NCBI GenBank assembly: GCA_021613535.1
Contig: CP075495.1
Span: 310,001 to 374,000, forward strand
Source: Adineta vaga
Lineage: Eukaryota; Animalia; Rotifera
Direction of reading: 5' to 3'
Length of the DNA: 64,000 nt
The notes beneath the pieces were generated by a model. The model was not told the DNA's origin and did no database searches. It worked only from the letters and a program-made list of their open reading frames with translations. Every line of letters starts with the position of its first letter. Position 1 is the stretch's first letter. The position numbers and the translations under genes are program-made. This document shows, in pieces, positions 12,426-25,840 of the stretch.

Positions 12426-15400
12426 TCAGAAGCATTGAGCAAAGCGTAGTTGTGTTTCTGTATATAGTTTATCTAATCTTTCCGTCTCCGCAAGTTGCGA
12501 TTTTGCTGGCTTCATCAACAAAGTTTTGTAATCGAAATGTCTTAAAATGATTAAGTCAGTCAGACGTTTCACACGTGACAATGGCACATAAATTGCGGCA
12601 ATATCATCAGTTCTGCTTGGTAGTTTTAAATCAATGACAACATTACTCAAAGTTTGACCTTGACTTTTATGTGTTGTGATAGCAAATGCAGGCACAAGTG
12701 GCAATGCACGTCGCTTAATCGATATAATTGTTTTTGAATTTGATCTTGGTTTCTTATCTTTTGGTAGCATATCAGCGATATTAATACGGAATGATTGTTC
12801 CATCAATGGTATCGGGATGAGATTTGATTGAAGTTGTTCGAAATTGCATTCAATCTTCGACCGAGCGACTTCAATGATGGCGTACAATGGTTTACGGATA
12901 TATTGTATATTACTGAGGAATGTTTCTGAGATACTGTCTGTTGACACAGAATTTTCTTCATACACAAGTTGTCGAAAGATTCCATTCATTCCATTGATAA
13001 AACCCAGTTCTATAGCAATATTTTGTGTTAACATAACAGACATTCCAGGAACCAAAGATAAAAGACCAGGTAAATGCTCTGTTCTGCTATCAGATAATTC
13101 TAACAACTTTTTAACTAATTTTGGATCTTCGATTGATTTGCCTTTACAACTATCTTGAGCAGTGCACACCATAAGAGCTTGACCCACTTCTACTGCCTTA
13201 TGAATCGCTGCCTTATTGTTTAGTCTTGTCCGTACTTCGTTTCGGAACACGAAAATGGGCGCCTTAAAAGACGAAGATAAATAAGTATTCGATAGAAAAA
13301 GAGTTCTTTACTTTATTCCAAGGTGGATCACATAGAGAATTGACTGACGGTTGTCCCACAACTCGTGTTAACAGTAACTCATAATCGTCATGGTTACATT
13401 GTCCAAGACGAAGTCGATCGAGAAGTTGAAGATATTGAGAATCTTCCGTTCGCATCTGTTGAGTGAATTTCACAACGCAGTTAATCTGGAGAATTAGAGA
13501 ACGTGCAACACGTTGTTGAATTTCCTTCTCATTGAGCGATTTGTCTGGTTTTTTTTTCGATGGTAAAGAAAAATCAGTATATAATGGTGCATCGAATATG
13601 GGTCGGTATTGCATATAATCACCGAAGAAAATGACGTTTACACCACCGAACGGAATTTGAGCAACGACATGTTTTGCAGAGCACATTATTCGATTAAGTT
13701 TTGCCAATAAATGTAAACCAACCATACTTATTTCATCGATTAATAGATATTCAACCAGTCTCCACTCCTTTTCAAGTTTCGAATCACCTGCTTTAATGAT
13801 TCGTGGCTGTCTATAATTTCGTTGTTCACCTAAAAACGAATGAATGGTCATACCGCCAATTTCAGCAGCTGCAATCCCAGTAGGTGCAAGTTTTCGCATC
13901 ATCTGCATCCTTTTGGTGATAACAAAGTATTTGCTAAGAGCACGAATAAGTTGTGATTTGCCTGTACCGCCACATCCTGGTATGCACATTATAAGTTGAC
14001 CATTATTGTGACCTAGAAAGACGATAAATATTATCTTCTGGTAGACTATATTATGAAAATACCTGTACGATATTGACTATCACCATCAAGATGACTCGTA
14101 ATGATCATGAATGCGGCACGTTGCTCTCTATTCAATGTGAACTCATCAGCAATACTTTTTTGAGTGGGAACATTGGTTGTAATTGACACAACTGGAAGAA
14201 TTGAACCACCATTTGCGAGATTGCTGTTATTATTGTCACTAGTTGAATTCATTATTGTTACCATGGCATCTTTTGCAGCATGCATATCTGAAGATTCATC
14301 TGCTGTCTCATGATTACCTGTAATTAAACTTCGTCTTGCTCGTTCTTTTTCTGTTTTCAATTGCGCTTGTCATTTCTTATTTAAATTAACTAAATTGTTG
14401 GTTGCAGCAACAAATGGTCTAAGTTGTTGATTCATAGAGTCAGTAAATTCATTTGAGGTAGACGAACGGCTACCTACAAAAAAATCCATATTTATATTCT
14501 ACTTTGGATCAATAATTATCGCAAACTGTGACTCACTGGTTATATCGCTAAATCGTCCAACTTTTTCGACCGCCTCGATAGTTTCTTGAATATATTGATC
14601 TTCTGTTGTTCTTTTTTCGGCATTAGCTGCTGTAGTTGTATATTCATCTATGTCTTTTAACAACTCTGATAAAGCTTCATTATCATCTATATCGTCTTCA
14701 CTGTCAAAATTTCGATCTGTAGGTACAAGTACTGGATCGATTTCGTTATCATCAGTTTGCGCTTCTGTAATAACTTGAAATAGGTGTGCATCACGGTCCT
14801 TCTTACATTCATGTAAAAGTTGAATATTTTCTATGATCTTCCATGCGTGAATGGAAATGTGTGATTGACGAGAATTGAAAGCATCTTCCCACGTTTGGTT
14901 GAGGTCACAGAGATCAGCAATGGTGCGCCAAGGTACAAAGAGTGTAAGGATAGCTCGACAATATCGCTCTCGAGTATCAACACGATCTTGTCGAGGAATT
15001 TGTGGACCATAAAGAATCGGCACATGAGGTTCAGTATATTTCATCAAAACATGTGTTTTTGCTTGTGGATGTTGATTTTGGAAAGCGTAACGCTCATTAG
15101 GTGGGCGACCTCTTTTGTTGCCTTCGTTTTCTCGCGATACCATATTTGTTGATAAATATCTCAAGTCAGTTGCATTCATCTTTTTTTATATACAGCGCTA
15201 ACAAAATCATATAAACACATGCTGTTCAGAATATTGGAACGATATTGATAATCAATTCTTGTATTAACGAGTACGTAGTTTTTATCAGAATCAGGAGATT
15301 GAAGTTGGAAATTTTCTTCATCGTTGTTCTCATCATTAGTAGTTACATCATCAGGCATATCATCATCAGACAGATTATCATCAACTACGTCTAAAATTGA

Positions 15401-18400
15401 AAAATAAACGCAATAAGCATTAGTGTTTATAAATAAATTGTTTACCTTCGGCTAAGTGTGTCAATTTTTGTTTTACTCGGATCTGATTAAGCTGTGCTTG
15501 TAAATATCGTTCAGTTTGAATTAGAAAAAGACCTTGAAATTTGTGTGTCGTGTAATGGTCATTCCAACTCATGAGATAAGAAGCAACCTGTACTCCAGAT
15601 AGCTCTTGTTGAGAAGCAAGTGCATTGTAACACCGTAAAACCAATTTTCGCGATTTTTCAATTATATTCTGTTGATTCGTTTGATGAGATGGATCCACGA
15701 TAGTTGTAATACATTTTTGTACAAGAGAAAGTGTGTCATGGAAAGAGATACTCATTTTTGTTACATAGTCAGTAACATAATAGACAAGAGCTTTTGTATC
15801 ACTGCCGCTCCAAATAAATTTGATATCCATATTGGAACGACAAGCTGCTATAAGATACTCGTTAAAATTGTTGATCATTGGATCCGAGCGACGCATTGAA
15901 ATATTGCCAGTGTCTGGATCAACCGTTGACACGCGGACTATTTTTCGTGGCATACGCATGCGACAAATTTTTTTGAGGCCTCCCTTCTTCTTGCAATATT
16001 TATAGCAAGTATCAGTGTGGTAATGAGTGTTGCCTGTTTCTACCAACTGTACTACATCTGCTCGAAATCTTGATGAAAAATTAGGCGATGATAGATTTGG
16101 AGCAAATGAGCAAGCTGGTATTATTTTTGAGTTTTTATTTGAGGTATTATTTGTATCTAAAATAGGAATTAGATGTTCTATCCTCTTCTAATAATTTACA
16201 ATATCGTACTTCGTGTTGGTTGATCACGAGTTGGTGTTCGCATTGATTGATGTTGAGACGGAGAACCAAAGGAAATAGTTGACGCGCAAGCTCGAACTGA
16301 GGGAGATTGTTGATCTCTTCTTTGTGTCGCTTGAACAGGAGACTGGGGTTCGTTTTGATCACCATCTGTCAAATCGATAGTGCGCAAGGTTGTGTAAATA
16401 TTATTCTGTGAGCTTTTTTGAGGAGTATTAGATGAACTTGGTGCTATAGTATAACAAAGAGAGACATTCAAACAAGAATAAAAAGAAAAAGAGCCGTGCT
16501 ACTTGAATTTCCGGATACAGGTTTTTCCTTGAACTGATCTAAATCTTCTTTGATAATATCTTCCAAATAAGCTTTTAACTTTTCACGAAAATTGACATCT
16601 TGAATCTTTTCTTTAAGATCAGCGGATTTCATATCATGAGCAAGCCAAATAAGCAAATGTAAATGGAGAGAACCTCGCCCTTGGCTTTCAACAGTGCCGA
16701 AATAAGCCTTTACGGGTCCAAGAACACCACCCATTATCATAGTATCCAAGATATTGGTGATCAATACGTGAAAAAATTTGGCAGTGGCAACTGGATGTGA
16801 TGCTACAATTTCAGCTCTTTTGTAAGCATCCATAAGCTGTTCACTTTGAATATTGTCCAAATTAAGTTCAACCCCTGCAAAATATAGTGCTACAGGACTA
16901 TGAATATCAGCGGGATTTATAGTAAGGAAGATGCTGGGTAATCCTTGATTATATATAAGTGCATGGATTTGTGTGCGCAAAGCCGTACGTGAATACGCTG
17001 AACCCATGACTCGACCACCAACAGTTTTAATATGTTGGAGAAGCTTGTTCAATGTACTGTTTGACTCCGCACGACTGTACGGTTGCTTCAAACTGTTCTG
17101 AAGAGCTATTTCAATATCTTTACTATTTAACGATTGAATTTCATGGGCAGATGATCGAAAGTAAGGTTTTGTTGCTATCAGTTGAGCATGAAAACAGGCA
17201 TCACGACGTTGTAACAGATTAAAAATCACAAATATAAAACTCTCGCTTGTTTCAAAACGACGATCATTGTAAGATAATAGATATCGAATGTGCTCTCGAA
17301 AATTTACTTTAACTGGACGTGATTGATCTTCGGGTGTGCCAAGTCCATAACAGAATAAAGTTGGATACAGACCTGCCAATAACTTCGGATTGAAGTATTC
17401 GTTGACAGGTTTTGATGAATGAGGAATTAGGTAAATATTCTCGGTACTTGACTGATTGTTCTGTGTGTTATTTTTAATCTTGTTCAAAACGTAGGTAGAA
17501 ATTTCTTCTGAAGATACCGATGAGCCATCAACATCGAGAACAGCACTAAAAGAGACAGTCTATATGAAACAATTGATTTAATAAATATCCTTACCTATTA
17601 CTGATAGGTATTGCATCTGCAGTAGTGCATTCTTTCGGATCTAATAATGGATCGGGAACATATCCAGTTCTTTCGGGTTGATCCTTTTTATCACATATCT
17701 TTTGTTCTAAAGTTGATATAATGCATTCTGGCACATCGTCTTCCGGTAGTTGATTAATGTTTTGAAGATTTATATTAATTTTCTGATAAAGCATATTGTA
17801 CTTTTTCAACCATCGTAATGCTCGAATAATTTTCTGCTTACGTACTGTGAGAACTTTTTTTAGTTGAATACGATCGGGTGGACGAGCTCCAATAAATATT
17901 ACTTTCAGTGTATCACATAAATTGTCAAGCGCAAGTGGTAAACTATCGACAATATTTGGTACATTTTGAAAAAAACTAATACAATTTCCTTTCAATGCTG
18001 TTTGAGCAGTAGTAGTTGAATGAAAAGGCGAATGCAGTTTTATTATGCAACTATTATGACGATAAAATGAAATTAGTTTCTGTTCTGGAAGTGTCAATCC
18101 TTGCAGTTCAGCAGGTATGTCACCTATCCACATACTATTAGAAGGTGCGAACTTTGGGACAGATTTCTTCGAGAGGGCAACATGACATTTTTCACAAAGC
18201 CTGCACATGTTTACTTTCTTTTGCTGAAATAAACCGCTTTTGTATAAAATAACATCGTTTTGACAACAGAGCGATGACGAACTAAGTACTGAGAGATCTA
18301 AACAAATAAAGTCTGTATGCACTTTGAAACCACGAAATTACCTTTGTTATTCGCAGTATGTTTCGTTGTTTCTATATGGCTGTTGCTGAGGTTTTCATCG

Positions 18401-20091
18401 TCTTCGTTTAAATGTTTAATCAAACCCTTTAGCTCTTCAGAAATTTTAAGTAGATGACCATTCGGGATTTTTAGGACTGGCATTGTTTTCGAGTCTTTCG
18501 CTCGAGTATGAACATTGCAAACTGCGCAAGTGACTTCAACCAACATTGACATAGACATTTGTTCTAGAAACTGTTGTAAACGAGCCTCTTTCAACTCACG
18601 AGCAATTGGTTCAGGCCATGCTTGATCAACAGAAGGCCGTGACTCAACACTATTTCGGTCAATACCATTGTTTTCATATGATTGCTTTTCAAATCGTTTT
18701 GCAAGTCTATTGGTTTTGCTTAGTTTCCTTTGTTGTTCGAGTCGATTCCGACGTTGCTCTTCGGTTTCATCTACCCGAGCCGATAGACTTCGTTCTCGTG
18801 CTTTATCAAGCCGATTCTGACGTTGCTCTTCGGTTTCACTCATACGAATAGATCGGCTTCGTTGTCTTGCTTTGCCGAGTCGAATCTGACACTGTTCTTC
18901 TGTTTCGTTCAAACGACTTGATTGGCTACGTTGCCTTTTCTTCTCAAGTTGAATTTGACGCTGATTTTCTCTATCACTTTTCCCATTTTGTATTGAGCCT
19001 GAAATCATTGGCCCAGCGAGGTCTTTCTCGACGCTGCCATCAGTTCGTATTGGTCTACTAGGAGAAGATTGAAATTCTGGTATTCTTATTTGGATAGAAG
19101 AACTGTTCTTGAATGTTTTCTTTTGAGGAATCTAAAAACCTTAACATTAATAGATATTTGATGTGCTAATGATCGACTCACTACATTGATTGACGTTGAG
19201 TTATTGTGTCTGTCAGACTCATTTTGCATATTTGGCAATAGAAGTGGAACAAAATGATTCGGAATCCATCTACCATTACTCGTTGCCCGAGCAACATCTT
19301 GGTTTTCGGCACGCGACCACAAAATAGCAATAAAAGAATTAGCGATGACAGTTGGAACAGGTGTGAAGACGCTATTCCACAAAGCCATATACTGCTCAAA
19401 ATTAATTTTTGGATAGACACTTCGTATTTTACATTGTAGGACATTGGATAATGCGGCTACTTCATATAATTCGGAATATGTATTTCTTTTACAAATAGAT
19501 TGGATAGCCGTGTCGATAGGTCCAATCAAATGTGAATACATAGTTTGATAATAATTTTCATTCGACATAAGTTCCATGATATTTCGAACTAAAAATGGGT
19601 ACGAAATTAATTATACAATAGAATAGAGGAAAAAGTAAATCCTTTTACCTCTTAATTCACATGTGGTTACCGATGAATTATTCATCAAAAGAAGAATAGA
19701 ATGGTATAAACAATTTCCATCACCAGGAACATCGACCGGGAGAAGATGATGAACATCATCAGCCGCTTTTTCCAGATATCTCTTCGCTAACAGATCCACC
19801 GCATGTTTTCTCTCGTCGAAAACTTGAATGGGATGAAATTGCAATGGTACCACCAATGATTCAATCTACATCATAATACACATCGAAATTTAATCATCAT
19901 TTTATTTTAATCAACTTACTTGTTGAATTTTGTTTACAACCAAATTGATTTCATCGTAGTACATAGCACTTTCGGAACATTCCCAGAAGTCGAAGTACTC
20001 GTTTGAATTTAAGATCACGATTCATTGTGCTACATTGTGAGCAACAATAACCTGCGCAGTTTACGTTACAAAAAACACATCGTGTGCTCAT
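12426..20091 (-). pseudogene. Multi-exon Helitron-like OTU-Rep-Pif1 helicase gene, mildly disrupted
   Basis: N-terminal Cys cluster (MSTRCVFC..CCSQC); OTU-like VPGDGNCLYHS...PNHFVP; ETEEQR repeats; HUH Rep motifs FLTINPAD, VESQGRGSLHLH, YVTDYVTK; Pif1 motifs GCGGTGKS, LIDEISMV, FGDYMQ, THKSQGQTL, YVPLSRV. Many short GT-AG introns. Lesions: frameshifts near ~20000 and ~15180, in-frame TGA at ~14370. No C-terminal endonuclease. Confidence 0.92.
18730..18965 (-). repeat. 69-bp coding tandem repeat (ETEEQRxxRL...RS, 23 aa, ~3.5 copies)
   Basis: Visible in the ORF 18298-19008 translation and as recurring acgttgctcttcggtttca in the DNA. Confidence 0.85.
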
Positions 20092-20239
20092 GTTTATGTG
20101 CTGATCAGTTTCAATTGTGTGTAATACGGCCAACAATTGAACAGAGTTCTGCACACGATCATGCGACTGACACTTTCGTTTAGGACTTCTCTGACGTTTT
20201 GTTGGATTTGGTTCGTCTTGTCTTTGTTCATAGTCACCA

Positions 20240-21401
20240 TACTGTGTTGGACAATCGCTCGACAGGTGCCTACGATCTCCACACAAATAACATCCGTACA
20301 AATTCAGCTGTTGACAGATGTTCGCATCTTCTGTTTTTTAATCGGATTATCTACGTAAGAACTGAGTGTACGCACGTTTCTGTTTGTCAAGTGTTTGCTA
20401 CTCAACTTTGATGTTGCTTTATGTGAATACTTTTCATTACAATACTAGTTTGGTAATATTTCGGTTTTCTGAAGGAATAATTGTTTTAGTTGATTTGATA
20501 ATTGCTGGTTCCTGGCTCGACAATATAAAATGTCTTCTATTTGTTGAGCCTCGGCAATTATTTCATTCAATGAACCATTACGAGATTTTTTTATCAATTT
20601 GAATAAGTCCTTACGCATCCGACATAAAAAGTGTTTGACTAGATCAGTTTCAGTTTCATTCGGTTTATGTTCTCTCCAGAGAGCATGAAGACGAACTGAA
20701 AACTCATTTATAGTTTCACCCTCCTTCTGTTTACATTCATACCATTCAGCTTCTTGACGTGGTCTAGAAACCGTTGGATTAAATTGTATGAGAAATAATT
20801 CTTTAAATTCTTCCCATGTTCGCAGTTGACGATGCGACAGACCTAACTGAGAGTACCATTCCAGAGCTGATCCCCGTAGAAATTGTGAAACACCGTTGAG
20901 TAATGTAAGACTATCATCAAGACGTACTGATTTAGCATACTCTTGAACCTGAATCAAGAAATGTGCCGGACTTTCTGAATGCTTTCCGTGAAATACAGGA
21001 GCCTCTGAGGAAGATGGTATCGTAATTAAACACTCTGCATCGTTTGCCGAAAGTGCTGATGATATATTTGCTGCACCTTTTACCTCATGCTCCATCAGAC
21101 CCGAAGCTATTGAAAGGCCGTGTTCCGAGGAAGTATCTGTTTTTAACATTGATAGTCTTTCTGCTTTATATTCTTCCACTATTGCTTCACTATTCTGTGA
21201 GATAATCGGCGAGGTCATTACAGGTCCTGTAAATTTATTTAACTTGTTCAACATACAGTTCATTTTTGTAATCATATCAGCATACAAGATACAATTCGAT
21301 TGTTGTTTGTTTTCTACATTTTGTGTACGTGTCTTCAACCTGATGTGATGTAGGTAGTGATGGAGTAGTCGCTGTACTTTCAAACATCGACTGCAATTCA
21401 T
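20240..21401 (-). pseudogene. Ty3/gypsy-type gag-like gene (copy A) with detached CCHC knuckle
   Basis: PVFHGKHSESPAHFL..QEYA..SQFLRGSALEWY..W.EFKELFL..F..CKQKEGETINEF (retrotransposon gag/capsid-like). Knuckle CYLCGDRRHLSSDC lies downstream, separated by TAG (20445) and a frameshift. Confidence 0.8.
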
Positions 21402-21805
21402 AATTGTTTGAATTCATTTTTTCGTTTGTGACAGCTGATTAACAACGTTGATATTTCACCAATTTGATCTTCTGATGCACTCACCCAATATAAATTAATT
21501 TTGTCAACCAGCTTCTACCGCAAATACTCTCATCCTGGGGCAGTATAAAAAATTTGATCAGTGTGATATGGGTAACTGAACTTAATGGTTTTGGTTTATA
21601 TTGGGTGTATATCATAGAGCATATGTACCATTTAATATCCGTTCTCTCTCTCCTCCCTATCTTTTTACCTTCTCTCTCTTCCCTATCTTTTTCTTCCACT
21701 TACTTATTTACACATACTTGTATCGATGCACATAGAGTAGAAATTACTCTTCTATTTCATAAAATATCGTCCAGGTTTCTACCGATTCTCGATTGCAAAA
21801 AAATC

Positions 21806-23163
21806 ATGCCGTCTGAAAAAAAAACTTTAATTGAAAAAATTCGATTAGAAGAAGCTATTAAACGCATTCAAAATATGTGCGTAGACAATGCAGAGCGAAT
21901 CACAAAATTAGAAGAGAAACATAATCAGATATATAAAAGTATTACTCAAAAATATGAAGAAGCAGAAGGACGAATCTTAGATATACAGAGCCAAACTGCT
22001 GAGATGCGCATGAAAATGACATCAACATTAGACGAAGCGAAACAACAATTTGACCCAATTAAACAACAATATAGTGAAATTATCCAAACATTAAGTTCTC
22101 TAAGTAACGGAGAACAATCACAGTCACAAAATATTCAAAAGTCTTCAAATTCGTCAAAAAATCGTTTATTATCTACTCAACCAGTGTTAAATATAGACGA
22201 TCACTCAAATAACACTAATGAAACTATGCCTCTTCTTCAAGTAAATGAAGTTAAAATTCCAAAGCCACATTCAATTATAGTGCCTTTACCGACAGCAATT
22301 CCAACTTTCTCTGGAAAAAATTCAGAAAGCCCCAATCAATTCCTAATCCGTATTCAAGAATATGCTGAAATAGTTTACGGATGGGATGAGTCAACTCTAC
22401 TCCTTGGCATTTCTCAATTTTTACGAGATGCTGCATTAGATTGGTATTGTCAACTGAGAGCTTCTGATCGGCGTCCGCACAAATGGTCAGAATTTGTCAG
22501 TTTATTTATGTTCCAATTTCATTCGCCTATACAAATTGCTCATCAACAACAAGAGTGGTACGAATGCAACCAATTGGAAAATGAAACCATTAATGAATTC
22601 TTAATCCGCTTACGCACTATCTGGTATAAACAAAAGCCAAAAGAAACAGAAGCTGATTTGATAAAGCACTTAATGTGCAAAATGCGAAGCGATTTGTTTA
22701 CCATGATGGGTGTGATCCCTGGTGCTTCCCTGGATGATATTATATTAGAAGCACAAAAAGCTGAAGAAATATTATATTGCCGTAATCAGGAACAATCTTT
22801 AGCAAAATGTTTTAAACAAATTTCACTTAAAAACAATATTTTAGGTAATTATGAACATTTTAAAATCACGATCATAGAAAAAAAATCAATTGAATCTTAA
22901 AAATTTTTATTTTAGAATATTCGTCCGACGAAGAAAATGCTTTTCATCAAGGAAATAATGGCAACTCATTACAGGATACGAATAATGATTCATCTAAAAC
23001 ATCAAATTCTATTCAGTGCCGAAGCTGCAGAATATTTGGACATCTTTTTAAAGATTGTCCGAATAATAATGCGGACTTTTTTATTCCATCAACTGCTAAA
23101 AATTCCCATTCAAAAAACGAACACAGAGCGTTGGCAAGACGGGATGCCGACGCTCATTTATAG
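21806..23163 (+). CDS. gag-like gene (copy B), 2 exons (21806-22844, 22916-23163), coiled coil + capsid-like domain + CCHC knuckle
   Basis: IPTFSGKNSESPNQFL..SQFLRDAALDWY..CNQLENETINEF. Predicted intron G|gtaatt...tttattttag|AA (22845-22915, 71 nt) removes the TAA at 22898 and joins in frame to CRSCRIFGHLFKDC. Confidence 0.8.
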
Positions 23164-23546
23164 AACCACCCGTCCAAACAATATCTCATTTTTATCCAGT
23201 TGATTTTACCAAACACAATCCTTTTACTGTTTCAGGAAAAATAGCTGGTATAACAATTCCTTTACTCATTGATTCAGGATCATCATTGACAATCATTAAC
23301 AAAACGCTATTTTCAAAGCTACCATCTTATTTTCATCAACAAGCTAAATTGTGCTCACCTTGCTTATCTGTTCAATTAGCGGATAGATCCGAGCTGGATA
23401 TCGAATATGTTGTCCTCTCATTACCTGTTACTATTTCAAATACAACCCGTTGTAACACAGTTTATGTAGCACCTCGATTATCTCGGTTATGTATTATCGG
23501 ATATGATCTAATACAAATACATAATTTACAAATTGATGGAGGATAG
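23112..23546 (+). CDS. Retropepsin-type aspartic protease in the -1 frame of gag B
   Basis: LLIDSGSSLTII active-site motif and CIIGYDLI C-terminal motif. Slippery heptamer A AAA AAC at 23112-23118 in the gag frame, with the -1 frame open to TAG 23544. No RT follows. Confidence 0.8.
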   Translation, partial: KKRTQSVGKTGCRRSFIEPPVQTISHFYPVDFTKHNPFTVSGKIAGITIPLLIDSGSSLTIINKTLFSKLPSYFHQQAKLCSPCLSVQLADRSELDIEYVVLSLPVTISNTTRCNTVYVAPRLSRLCIIGYDLIQIHNLQIDGG

Positions 23547-23849
23547 CATACTGCATACTTCAAAAGTTCTAATGAAAATATATCGGATGATGGCAAATAC
23601 TGACAAAACAAATGTTTGTGTGACAATTTCCTTTTGTGAGCGTCTCTGTTCTTGAGATTGTCTATTTTTTTTATCGCTATCGCAGTTTGTCTTTTTCTTT
23701 TTTTCTGCTGACAGAATATATCCGATTACATCTCTATACATGATAAAAAAAGAAATAATATAAAGACCACAAGTTAAAAGAATTAAAAGAAAGATATTCC
23801 AGCTTGAGAAAAAAAGTTCGTATATGTGTATAGATGAATGATATAAGAG

Positions 23850-24085
23850 AGAACGAAACAAAGTTCACCGATTGAACAATGTTCGTACACGTGTATATAT
23901 GATGGATATCAAAGATGATGAAACAACGTTCACCGATTCAATGATGTTCGTATATATGTATATATGAAAGATATAATAGATGATGAAACAGCGTTGAACA
24001 ATTAAATCATCTTTGTATATGTGAAAGATATAATAGATGATGAAACAACGTTGAACAATTGAACCATCTTTGTATATGTGAAGGA
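23850..24085. repeat. ~57-65-bp tandem repeat, 3-4 diverging copies, between protease and env
   Basis: Unit gatataatagatgatgaaaca(g/a)cgttgaacaatt..catctttgtatatgtgaa occurs twice nearly exactly, plus upstream variants. Confidence 0.8.
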
Positions 24086-25840
24086 TATATGCAGCAGCAT
24101 GAAAAGAATGATCACGTGGATGAGTATAAATAGAGGAGGCATCGTACGAAATTTTATACACTGACTATTAAGATTTGAACGAAACACATCGTGTATTTAC
24201 TAAAATAATCGGTTTAAAGGTGATTATTTTGATTATTTAGTGGAAGAAGAACCCGTTAAGATCATATATACACAATAAATACAATAAAACAATCGGTTTA
24301 ATGGAAAGGATGGCAATTGTGGGTGTAAGAAATATTACATTTCTAATAATCATCACACCTATAAAAGTCTCAAAATCAGATGATTGGTTGTTAGCAAGAC
24401 AGGATATTGTTCATCCAACTTCCGGGCTTATTTTACAATATAAATCGGATTATAGACCCGCGAACAGAATTGTCACATTGTCAACAGTGATTCCTATGGT
24501 AGCTGATATGTGCTATCTGATTCCAATTTCTGCTTTTACAAAATTCCTCGATGTAACTTAACAATCGATGTGGTAAATTTTATCAATCATGATATCAAGA
24601 CCACGAAAAAGCCCGGGTTGATGAGCAGAAACAAAAGATTTTTAACTGATATCATTACTATTGGTATGAGCACTGCAGCTTTGGCTATGTCAACCGCAAA
24701 CATGATCCAAACCACAAACTTAAACCAAGAAGTAAAGTCATTAACAGAAACAGTTAAAACACTTCAAAAATCGAAATACACACAGGATGCTCAAATTCTA
24801 CAGCTCAGAGATGGACAGTTCAAAATAGCTGTGGAACTTAACAGTACACAACAAGCGATTAATCGGACAATGTATCTTGTCAATCAACACACAGATACTC
24901 TGCAGGATCATGATGAGGCCATAAGAAAAATTGGTGAATTTTCCACTTTTATCAATAATAAAGTGAATCAATTCATGCATAATGTTGAGGGCCATTTCCT
25001 GCATACTTCAATTGAAGGCATTCTCCGGGGTAATCTGAACTTACATTTTATTCATCACGACGATATACCGAAAGCTATTGAATATGTCATAAAAGCTACA
25101 AACATCTCATGCGAAGATAACAATAGCTCGATGTCAATGGTTGATTTAGTAACTCGGCTACTCGTTCGTCAAGAGATTTCGTTTGTCCCTACCATCCAAT
25201 TAAGAGCTTCGACATATGGGGCAATCATCAGAGAGTTAGTGTTTAACTCGTACTTTGCAGCTTCAAACTATGACGAAAAAACATTTTTTGTATATGAGCC
25301 GATACCAATTCCGTTCAAGCATGGACATAGACGTGTTAGAATTTCTCAAATGCCAGCTTTCATAGGAATTCAGCCGGATTCTCGTGAGTTTGTTCGATGG
25401 TCACGAAAGAAGGCGGAATCTTGTTGTTTTGAAGTGATGACATCATGCCGCATAACGCCAGCTATCCGAAAAGACCTTGAAGACATGTGCATTTATGAAG
25501 TTTTAGCAGATACATCATTAAGATCGTGCCGCATTGAACCTTATCTGGAGTCAGTATTTGTACGTAAAGTTGGGCATTATTGGGCGATCTCCACAAACTC
25601 GACTACAAAATGTCACACAGCTACCCATCCAGATTCCAACCACTATAAAGCAATGGACAACCATACGATCACCCTACCTCCAACTGCCTTAATTACTACC
25701 AAAGATTCGATGGATTCGTCATGTGACTTATTTTACTTGCCGGGCCTTTCAGTCCAATCCAATTCAAAACTTGTTCTCTATCAAAACTATACAATTAATC
25801 CTGTGGTTGGAGAAGTTCTTGATTTGCACTCCTTAATTAA

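Noticed and set aside
12803-20602. Numerous short antisense or alternate-frame ORFs within the Helentron gene
   Set aside because: Shadows of the long coding exons; no independent motifs.
21554-21805. N-terminal extension of the 448-aa gag ORF
   Set aside because: Starts at TTG and translates a CT-rich low-complexity tract; the ATG at 21806 is the more plausible start.
23850-24085. CRISPR-like array
   Set aside because: Plain tandem units without unique spacers; eukaryotic context; no cas genes.
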